Source: a virus (Duplodnaviria > Caudoviricetes). From it: DNA of 64,000 nt. The translations under genes were made by a program, and so were the position numbers. Positions 28,738-35,910 of the stretch are shown piece by piece (position 1 is the stretch's first letter; each line of letters begins with the position of its first letter). The notes beneath the pieces were generated by a model that worked only from the letters and a program-made list of their open reading frames with translations, had not been told where the DNA came from and did not search any database. The DNA is taken from positions 17,416 through 81,415 of IMG/VR virus record IMGVR_UViG_3300014019_000011; one strand, written 5' to 3'.

Positions 28738-28809
28738 CTGACCCCAGACTGACCCTGACCCGAAAAATAGCTGGGTCAGGATGGCGATGGCACCGCCAAG
28801 GTGTTGATT
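28738..28809. repeat. integrase arm-type repeats and IHF-like site next to att core
   Basis: CTGACCC at 28738, 28749, 28755; inverted GGGTCAG at 28773; CAAGGTGTTGATT (YAANNNNTTGATW) at 28797-28809. Confidence 0.6.
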
Positions 28810-28833
28810 TTGCTGATGTCTGTCTTGGGTTTT

Positions 28834-28881
28834 TGGTGAGCGCGCAGGGATTCGAACCCTGGACCTACTGATTAAAAGTCA
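28834..28881 (-). tRNA. 3' part only of tRNA-Lys(TTT): att core duplication, not a full gene
   Basis: Minus strand TGACTTTTAATCAGTAGGTCCAGGGTTCGAATCCCTGCGCGCTCACCA; D-arm and 5' acceptor strand absent. Confidence 0.9.
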
Positions 28882-28974
28882 TCATTGGTTATCACGAAAA
28901 CATAAGCTTACGTTATGTGTCTCGTGCGACTTTCTCTCATTGATGTTGATCCGCGCGATTTCTTGCCTCTGCGC

Positions 28975-29008
28975 TTGACTCGTCTCGACGCGAGAACATA
29001 ATAAGAAC
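28975..29008 (+). promoter_or_regulatory. sigma70 promoter overlapped by alphaproteobacterial LexA box
   Basis: TTGACT 28975; GAAC-ATAATAA-GAAC 28994-29008 fits GAAC-N7-GAAC. Confidence 0.7.
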
Positions 29009-29084
29009 GAAGAACGGCGAATGCGGCCGCCATCCTACAACGAAAACAGCTTGCCTGCTGTGGCCTTCACAGGAGAACGACGAC

Positions 29085-29267
29085 ATGCGCCCGCTCGAGA
29101 AACAACCCACCCTCCGCGAAGAAGCCGCCGAGATCCTGGCTCTCCATGACGGCAACGCGCTGGAAGCCCTGCGCACGCTGATCGCCGAGCGTGACGCGAT
29201 CGAGGAACGCCTGGCAATAGCTACGCTCGTGATGGGCCGCGGCTTCACGCGCGGCTGGCGGCCATGA
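29085..29267 (+). CDS. small hypothetical protein (SOS-type cassette)
   Basis: AGGAG RBS; 60 aa. Confidence 0.7.
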   Translation: MRPLEKQPTLREEAAEILALHDGNALEALRTLIAERDAIEERLAIATLVMGRGFTRGWRP

Positions 29268-29282
29268 GGCGTTCGGCACGTC

Positions 29283-29585
29283 ATGGCCTACCGCCACCTG
29301 CCGGATCTCACTCCAGGGACCGTGCTCGACTCTTCCATGCTGTCGGGAACGAATGTCTATGTGAACTCGCGGCAGCACTCCGTCACGCTGCAGGACATCC
29401 CGGAATGGTATGGCATCGGCGCGCGCTGCTCGCGCTGCAAGCATGCATCCATGCTTGATCGCTGGGAACTGGCCTACCGCTACGGGAAGAAACGGGTCGT
29501 CATGACGCTCGAGCCCAAGCTCCGCTGCACGCGGTGCAACAACCGCGAAGCGAATGACTTCGTGCTGGCGAAGCTGCGCCGCTAG
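29283..29585 (+). CDS. zinc-ribbon protein
   Basis: CSRCKH...CTRCNN. Confidence 0.7.
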   Translation: MAYRHLPDLTPGTVLDSSMLSGTNVYVNSRQHSVTLQDIPEWYGIGARCSRCKHASMLDRWELAYRYGKKRVVMTLEPKLRCTRCNNREANDFVLAKLRR

Positions 29586-29900
29586 TCAGGTCGGGCGGCC
29601 GAGGCGCTGAAGAACGGCGAGCATGACCGCATCGGAGATCCACATCGCACTGACCCCGATCAGGAAGCCGACCGCGCCGAAGGTGGCGAGCGGATCGTCG
29701 GGCAGCGGCACGGCGACGGATCGAAGCAGGTGGACGCCCGTAGCGGTCAGATAGCCGGCCGCAAGCGCCCCGCAGAAAGGCGAGACGATGCGCTCGCGCA
29801 GGGAATGGCGCGTCGAGGAAAGCGCCCGCAGCAATCCGCCCGCCCCGCCCGCGGCGAGGTAAAGCGGGTTCAATCCCAGCGCCTCGAGGAAGTCCTTCAT
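29586..29900 (-). CDS. holin-like membrane protein
   Basis: Three hydrophobic segments, last gene of lysis cassette; ATGA-coupled. Confidence 0.6.
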   Translation of the reverse strand: MKDFLEALGLNPLYLAAGGAGGLLRALSSTRHSLRERIVSPFCGALAAGYLTATGVHLLRSVAVPLPDDPLATFGAVGFLIGVSAMWISDAVMLAVLQRLGRPT

Positions 29901-30430
29901 TCCTTGCTCCTCAGCGCCGCCGCGCCGCGCAGCACCGTGTTGCCGCCCATGTAGAGCCCGACGAAGGTCAGGAAGACCTGGAAGAAGTCCGGCCAGCCGA
30001 TCACCAGGGTGATGCCCTGCCGCGCGCCCAGTGCCGCCAGCAGCGTGTTGAGCAGCGGCACGATTGCCGCATACCAGGCCACAAGGCCGAGCATCAGCCA
30101 CATGCCAGCCGGCCGCCAGAGCCAGCCGAACGGCGTTTCCTTCTTCATCTCCTCGATCATCAGCCGGTTCGCTTCCCGCTGCTGGGCGTTCCAGGCGGTG
30201 ACGAGCTCGGGCGTTTCCGCCTCGACGGCCGCTACGGCCTGTTCGAGCTGAGGGGCCGGAACCGCCTGAAGCTCGCCGGCAGGTACGCCGGCCTTCTCGG
30301 CGATCGCATCGATGACGACGCTGCCGAGCTCGCCGGCCGTGCCGCCGACATGCTTCTCGAGGATCGACTTGACGATCGGCGCGCCGACCTTCGCGGCCGC
30401 GCCCAGGAGGATGGAGACGATCGGGCTCAT
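29897..30430 (-). CDS. holin-like (3TM family) protein
   Basis: WLWRPAGMWL...YMGG.T..R motif; follows endolysin. Confidence 0.65.
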   Translation of the reverse strand: MSPIVSILLGAAAKVGAPIVKSILEKHVGGTAGELGSVVIDAIAEKAGVPAGELQAVPAPQLEQAVAAVEAETPELVTAWNAQQREANRLMIEEMKKETPFGWLWRPAGMWLMLGLVAWYAAIVPLLNTLLAALGARQGITLVIGWPDFFQVFLTFVGLYMGGNTVLRGAAALRSKE

Positions 30431-31179
30431 GCTGCAGCTCCCGCATAGGCCTGCGCACGCGCGTCGTGTGCCCGTTTCTTCACATAAAGGATCAAAGCAA
30501 CAACGATCGCGATCGCCGCGATGCCGCCGAGCACCCAGAGCGCCGCCGCATCCATGCCGCCAGCGTCGACCGCCGCACCGCCGCCGGCTGTTGCTCCGGC
30601 GCCCCCTGTCGTCTTTGCCGTGGCGTCAGCCGTCTTCGCCGCCTTATTCGCCGCCTCGGCCTCGGCGGCGGCATCGGCGCGGATCCGCGCGTCCGACACC
30701 CCCATGAAGGCGAGTGCCATGGCAACGCCTTTCACCTCGATATCGGCAACCCGCCGGCCCCAGCCTTTCCCGAAGGTCTTCCAGATCTTCAGCGCCTGCA
30801 TGAAGGACAGACGCGCCCGGCAGATTTTCCGGACCGTCACCGAATGATCGCTCGAACCAACCGAAGCCTTGAGCCACTTGATGCCCCGGCTGACACCGGA
30901 ATTGACGGCAGCGTCGTAGGTGGCGAGGTCGACACCGGGCACCAGGTGATATTTCTCCACCGTCGGGTTCCAGTAGTCCTCGCGGTAGATCGTCAGCACC
31001 TCTGCATCCGTGATCGTCTTGACGTTACGGCTCGGCTTGCCGCGCCTCTTCAGCCACTCAGTGAATTTCGCTTGGGTGACGCCCTTCATGGTCGCACCGC
31101 CGGGATCATCCTTATGGTTGCTATACAGCCCTTCGTGCCCGGCGGTGATCGCGTGGCAGATGGAAAAGCGGTCTGGCAT
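30427..31179 (-). CDS. GH108 endolysin with C-terminal TM helix
   Basis: HEGLYSNHKDDPGGATMKGVT, YDAAVNSG, FGKGWGRRV; start reassigned to 31179. Confidence 0.9.
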   Translation of the reverse strand: MPDRFSICHAITAGHEGLYSNHKDDPGGATMKGVTQAKFTEWLKRRGKPSRNVKTITDAEVLTIYREDYWNPTVEKYHLVPGVDLATYDAAVNSGVSRGIKWLKASVGSSDHSVTVRKICRARLSFMQALKIWKTFGKGWGRRVADIEVKGVAMALAFMGVSDARIRADAAAEAEAANKAAKTADATAKTTGGAGATAGGGAAVDAGGMDAAALWVLGGIAAIAIVVALILYVKKRAHDARAQAYAGAAA

Positions 31180-31252
31180 GAAAACGGCTCTGGCCTGGTT
31201 GAAGTGGAGCCGAGTGTAAGAGGCCGTGGATGTGGTCAAATGCGCTGGGAGA

Positions 31253-31678
31253 TTACAGCGCGTGGCAGAGACGCCAGAAGTCGTCCACCTCAGCTTCCGT
31301 CATGGACTGCGCCATGGCGAAGATCAGCACGAGCGGATGCGAGCGGAAGAATGATCCCGCCCCGAGGAGAAGCATCGTAGCCTCGAAGGCGGCTTCCTCG
31401 TCTGTCATTCCATCGACGATAGCCTGAATGGCGGAAGGAAGGGCCGAGCCTTGGATGAAAGCAATCGCTTCCTGCTTCGTGATCAACCCGGCGACCGCAA
31501 GGCCCTGGCAGAACTGCCTGCGGGAGATTTCGTCCGGTACGGGAACGACGATCGGCCCAGGCGGCAACATCGGGATTTCGATGGTGCCCTCCGGCCATCC
31601 ATTCATGATCTCGTCCGAAGGCTCTGAGATCGTGACCCATTCGTTACCGGCCGGATCGCGCCATCTTTTCTCGGTCAT
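31253..31678 (-). CDS. tail fibre assembly/chaperone-like protein
   Basis: VPDEISRRQF...F.RSHPL...DDFWR; ATGA-coupled to fibre gene. Confidence 0.65.
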   Translation of the reverse strand: MTEKRWRDPAGNEWVTISEPSDEIMNGWPEGTIEIPMLPPGPIVVPVPDEISRRQFCQGLAVAGLITKQEAIAFIQGSALPSAIQAIVDGMTDEEAAFEATMLLLGAGSFFRSHPLVLIFAMAQSMTEAEVDDFWRLCHAL

Positions 31679-33060
31679 GCTCGCATCTCCATAACTGTCC
31701 ACGTCCCCGAGCCAATACGGTAGTACCATCCAGGCGGCACTACTGTGAAAACGGTAAAGTCGTTGGCGCCAAACTGGACGGGGCTGGTCATGCCTGAATT
31801 GTTGGCAAGTTCAATGATTGCCCCGTTAGCCGTTCGGTTCCCGTTCAACGGAAGAAACTTGCCTGTCGTGTTCTGATAAACTGTACTCGGAGTGCGGGTT
31901 ACGACCTGCCACGTCCCCCAGCTCCAGAGAGGTGCAGCATCCTGCTCGCTGACCGGCGGCCCGTTTGTGCCGGAAGCCCGGACAAGGCGTCCGAGGAGCC
32001 GTTTACGGTCGTAGTTGGCTGGCATCGTTGGAGCAGTGCTGGATAGCGAGAACAGTGCATCGGTGACGAGCGTATCCGACCGCTGGATGAGCCAGATGTA
32101 GTAGGTGTTGTTACCAAGCGTTCCTGTGTCCAAGCCGCCTTGGTTCGTGCCTACGACCCATGCCGCATCAATCCGCTTTGTGAAGGATGAGGTGAGCTGC
32201 ATCAGGTAGAATGGAGATGCGTCGGACGCCGCTGCGCCTAGCGCTATGTCAATGTCGTTCGCTGCGTCGGAAGCATTCGTCGTCAGCGCGAGGCCAAAGC
32301 TGTAGCCTTGGAGTTGCGGGCCGGAAAGCGGCGTTCCGAACACTGATGCCTGAAAAGTCGTTGTTCCCGTCTTGAAAATTTCCGCTTTCTGGCCCGGCTG
32401 GAGGATGAGCGTCGTCCCGCCATTGATAGTATCCGTCGAAGCGGGATCGATCGTCACGTTGCCGGTGGAATCGTTCCATACCTCAATGCGCCAGTTCGTG
32501 CGCAGGTTGGCCGTTACGTCGAGCGAGAGCGTCGCGGCAGCCGTGAAGCGGATCGAGGCGAGATAGTCGGCATCGAGCGCAGTGTAATTCGCCGACTTCG
32601 CAACAATCGTCGGATAGATCGTCACCGGCGGAAGGCTGTTCACGTCAGCGAAGAAGGCCGTTCCGTCGCAATAGACGATGGCCGACTCTCCTTGCTTCAG
32701 GACGAGCGTGGCGTCTCCGTTGATCGTCTCGGCCGCATCTGGGTCAATCGTCACGTCCCCGCCCACGGCCATGACGGCGCAATGCCAGTCCACGCCGAGT
32801 GTGGCCGCCGCGGTCAGCGACAGGGTAGCGGCAGCAGTGAAGCGGAGAGTTGCATTGTTGTCGTTCGCAACCGCCGTGTATGCGCCGGACTTCGAGGCCA
32901 GCACGACGCCGTTGTCGAGATCCCGCCGAAGGATCGCCATGATCGTGCGGAAGGCATTGTCGAAGTTGGACACGGCATTTGTTCCGAGAATGCCGATACC
33001 TCCGATATCGCTGTTGTCGCCGGCTGTCGTGGAGAAGTCCAGAAAGGTGTTCTTTGCCAT
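31675..33060 (-). CDS. tail fibre protein
   Basis: Two ~80-aa repeats (KS..YTA...RFTAAATLSL...VTIDP...TING) and variable C-terminus. Confidence 0.8.
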   Translation of the reverse strand: MAKNTFLDFSTTAGDNSDIGGIGILGTNAVSNFDNAFRTIMAILRRDLDNGVVLASKSGAYTAVANDNNATLRFTAAATLSLTAAATLGVDWHCAVMAVGGDVTIDPDAAETINGDATLVLKQGESAIVYCDGTAFFADVNSLPPVTIYPTIVAKSANYTALDADYLASIRFTAAATLSLDVTANLRTNWRIEVWNDSTGNVTIDPASTDTINGGTTLILQPGQKAEIFKTGTTTFQASVFGTPLSGPQLQGYSFGLALTTNASDAANDIDIALGAAASDASPFYLMQLTSSFTKRIDAAWVVGTNQGGLDTGTLGNNTYYIWLIQRSDTLVTDALFSLSSTAPTMPANYDRKRLLGRLVRASGTNGPPVSEQDAAPLWSWGTWQVVTRTPSTVYQNTTGKFLPLNGNRTANGAIIELANNSGMTSPVQFGANDFTVFTVVPPGWYYRIGSGTWTVMEMRA

Positions 33061-33069
33061 GGGTGCCTC

Positions 33070-35226
33070 TTAATAAAGCCCGACGCTGCCCTTCGAGACA
33101 GCAGAGCGGTATTGGCCAGAAGACTGCGCGACCGAGCGGCCGTAGTCGGTCTGCTTGCCGTCGCCGTAGACCGGCCCCTTCGGCGCAGCCGGGAAGCCGT
33201 TGGCTGTCGTCACGGTGTTCATAAGCTGGTTGCCGAGATAGCCGCCGAGGAGCGCGCCGAGCGGGCCGGCGACCAGGCCGCCGAGAATGCCACCGCCAAG
33301 CGGTCCGATGCCGTTCTTGAATGCAGAGGCGAGTTGCGCCTTGCGGTTCACACCCTGCGCGGCGGTCCTCATTTGCTGATCGGCAACCATGCCGTATTCG
33401 TCGGGAGACAGGAGCCCGACTTGCCGCGTGGTGCGGCGCGTGGTCGTCTGCGGGCTCGATATCGTCTTTGCCGTTGCGGGCCCTTCGACCATGGCAGCCG
33501 TTTCGACAGGCGAGGCCAGAAGTCCAGGGGTGATGGTCTGGACTTTGACCGGTGCCACGCCGAACTGATTGGCTGCCGTCAGCGCCGGGTTCGGACCAAC
33601 GATACCAGTATATTCGGTCTCGTTGAGCGGCGCGGAGATATCGCGCAGCGGGGACGATACCGCGCTCACCGGCACTGTGCTCGTCAGGGTCGGGGAAACG
33701 CCCGTGAGACTAACCGCCGCTTTGACATTCGAAGGGTAGGATTCAGGCGTGGCAACAGCGGGCGTCAAACGGCTGGTCTTGGGGCTCACAGACGAACTGC
33801 GCTCAACAGCCTGCGAGAAACCGCTGTCGAGAGGGCTGGAAACGGTCTGCGCACCGGCAAGCACGCCCTTGGCCGCATCGCGACGAGCAAGGGCGTCCTG
33901 CCGCTGCCTGTCGCTCAGCGCAAGCGTGGCGGGGGCACGGGCCGCATTATCCGCCGTGAGCGCAGATCGAAGCCCATCCCGGCCCTGAGCTACCTCGGCA
34001 TTGTCCATCATGCGCGACTGAACGCCTGTGTTCACGCCGGCTCCCGATAGGTTGAGGCTCGGCGTTTGGCGCATCGTGTCCGCTAGAAGGCCGTAGCCGC
34101 GCTTTTGCTGGTCGAGGGATGCGGCGCCAGCGTCGGGCAACGAACGGCGCTCCACCGCCATTGGAGCGGCAGAATTCCACGCTTCCGGCCGCGCCTCTGG
34201 GGTCGGTACGCGCGCGGACGTGTCGAAGCCGACCACGCTGCGGGGGTCAACCTTCCGCCCCTCTTGGTCAATCGTCTCGAAATGCAAATGAGGACCTGCC
34301 GAACGGCCGGTGTTTCCCACTACCCCGACGGGCGTCCCGCGGGCGACTTCATCGCCGATGGCGACGTTGCCAATCTCTGCCAGATGCCCATAGCGAGTTC
34401 GCATGCCGTCGGGATGGGTAATCTCGACCATGTTCCCATAGCCTTGCCTTGGGCCGGCGTAGCTCACCACCCCACCGGCGGCAGCCTCAACGGGATATCC
34501 AGAAGCACCAGGCCCGAGCGACATATCCAACCCGGCGTGAAAGCTCGATCCAACTCCAAACGGCGTTCGCGGCGCAGCACGGTTACCGTACTCGCTGGTG
34601 ATGCGGTCGCCCAAGGCGCCGAACGGTGAACCGTACCCTTCGCGGGCGCTTGACAAGAGGCCGCCAGAAGCCGCCGCACCGGCGATCTCACCTTCCCGCG
34701 ACAGCGCCCCGGCGAGGGCTTGCTGTGGTGTCGCCGAATATCCTCCGGAGAGGCTGTCGAACGGAGACGAGCCGACAGCGGCCCGTGCCTCGGGCGCATA
34801 GCTTGCAAGCGTGACAGAGCCAGAAGGCTCAACGTATCCCTGCGCGGTGCGGATCGCCCGGTTCTGCGGGTCCGAAAAATAGTGATGCCCGGCCGTCGTC
34901 GTTTCGGCTTCCAGGCCACCCGGCAGGTTCCCCGCAGCGCGCGGCGTGGCATAGTACGTCGCATTGTGGATCGGCCCGCTTTCCTGCACTTCACGCAACG
35001 CGCGTTCCGCTAGGGCGCGGTATTTCTCGACGCCAGCAGGAAATGCCCTGCCATAGGCGTTGAACTGCGACTGGACGCGCACCACGTCTTTCAGCGGTAC
35101 GCCGGTCTGAACCGCCCGATTGTGGATGACGGATGCGATTGCCTTCATATCCTGAAAGCGCTCGGCGGGCGTCTTGCCTCCGGCTTCTGCCATGATCGTG
35201 TCGACAACGCTTGTGACTTTCGCCAT
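33070..35226 (-). CDS. virion/ejection protein with SleB-like cell-wall hydrolase and M23 peptidase domains
   Basis: AIASVIHNR...QFNAY (Hydrolase_2-like); HAGLD, YGHL, GPHLHFE (M23). Confidence 0.8.
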   Translation of the reverse strand: MAKVTSVVDTIMAEAGGKTPAERFQDMKAIASVIHNRAVQTGVPLKDVVRVQSQFNAYGRAFPAGVEKYRALAERALREVQESGPIHNATYYATPRAAGNLPGGLEAETTTAGHHYFSDPQNRAIRTAQGYVEPSGSVTLASYAPEARAAVGSSPFDSLSGGYSATPQQALAGALSREGEIAGAAASGGLLSSAREGYGSPFGALGDRITSEYGNRAAPRTPFGVGSSFHAGLDMSLGPGASGYPVEAAAGGVVSYAGPRQGYGNMVEITHPDGMRTRYGHLAEIGNVAIGDEVARGTPVGVVGNTGRSAGPHLHFETIDQEGRKVDPRSVVGFDTSARVPTPEARPEAWNSAAPMAVERRSLPDAGAASLDQQKRGYGLLADTMRQTPSLNLSGAGVNTGVQSRMMDNAEVAQGRDGLRSALTADNAARAPATLALSDRQRQDALARRDAAKGVLAGAQTVSSPLDSGFSQAVERSSSVSPKTSRLTPAVATPESYPSNVKAAVSLTGVSPTLTSTVPVSAVSSPLRDISAPLNETEYTGIVGPNPALTAANQFGVAPVKVQTITPGLLASPVETAAMVEGPATAKTISSPQTTTRRTTRQVGLLSPDEYGMVADQQMRTAAQGVNRKAQLASAFKNGIGPLGGGILGGLVAGPLGALLGGYLGNQLMNTVTTANGFPAAPKGPVYGDGKQTDYGRSVAQSSGQYRSAVSKGSVGLY

Positions 35227-35306
35227 CAAGGCCTCCAGGAGAAATCGGCTTGAAATTGGAAAGGGCGGGTGTAGGCTTTTTCGCCTATCGCCCGAAGGAC
35301 CGAACG

Positions 35307-35639
35307 ATGAAGCTCACCGTCCTATCTTTGCTTGCCGCTGCGCTGGGTCTCGCACCTTCAGCTTGGGCAAAGGACATGTATTATCCGACCTATGGCGGCC
35401 CCGATGGAGCAATCGTCGAGTTCAAGAAGGGCGGCTTTTACATCACGCAATTCGATGAAAATGGCGACTACACGTATGATTGCGAGAAGATCAGCAGCCT
35501 GAGCCCTTCCATGCATTGGGCGCAGTGCAAGGGCGGCGAAAAATTCCTGTTCACGCTCGATCCGAAACACCCAGAGACGATGAAGATCGGCGATATCGTT
35601 TACACTGCCTGCGGAAAGACCGGCGAGAAGTGCAATTGA
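35307..35639 (+). CDS. secreted/periplasmic protein (moron)
   Basis: Signal peptide MKLTVLSLLAAALGLAPSAWA; TTGAAA-16 nt-TAGGCT upstream. Confidence 0.75.
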   Translation: MKLTVLSLLAAALGLAPSAWAKDMYYPTYGGPDGAIVEFKKGGFYITQFDENGDYTYDCEKISSLSPSMHWAQCKGGEKFLFTLDPKHPETMKIGDIVYTACGKTGEKCN

Positions 35640-35679
35640 CCGACTTCTTTCCTCAATGGCTTCGTGTATGGTGCGCGGG

Positions 35680-35910
35680 ATGAGCGAGCGCCCAAACAAG
35701 AAGCGAGACGACTGGATCACCCGAGCGCAGGCGCGCGACAAGTGGTTCCCTCTCTCTATGCTGGCTGTCGCCATCGGCGTGTACATCGCCCGTGAAGGCT
35801 CCTTGTTAAAATATAGTCACGGGCTGATCGACAGCATTTTCGGCATTCTCATTTTGGCATTCATCGCCTGGTGCCTCTGGCCCTCCAGCAAGGATGACCA
35901 GGAAGAGTGA
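35680..35910 (+). CDS. small two-TM membrane protein (moron)
   Basis: WFPLSMLAVAIGVYI and SIFGILILAFIAWCLW. Confidence 0.6.
   Translation: MSERPNKKRDDWITRAQARDKWFPLSMLAVAIGVYIAREGSLLKYSHGLIDSIFGILILAFIAWCLWPSSKDDQEE

Larger units (their letters stand above)
1..28881. mobile_element. Left element: lambda-like (cos) prophage with plasmid-type Rep_3 replicon (putative integrated phage-plasmid); left end outside window
   Basis: Lambda-type head genes 1393-8203, Rep_3 plus iterons 21450-23368, right end at tRNA-Lys fragment with arm-type repeats and IHF-like site; no integrase in window. Confidence 0.75.

Noticed and set aside
28834-28881. Functional tRNA-Lys gene
   Set aside because: Only anticodon loop to CCA present; D-arm and 5' acceptor strand missing, so treated as att duplication
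31675-33060. Diversity-generating retroelement or invertible tail fibre cassette
   Set aside because: No reverse transcriptase, template repeat or invertase in the window; internal repeats are ordinary protein domain repeats
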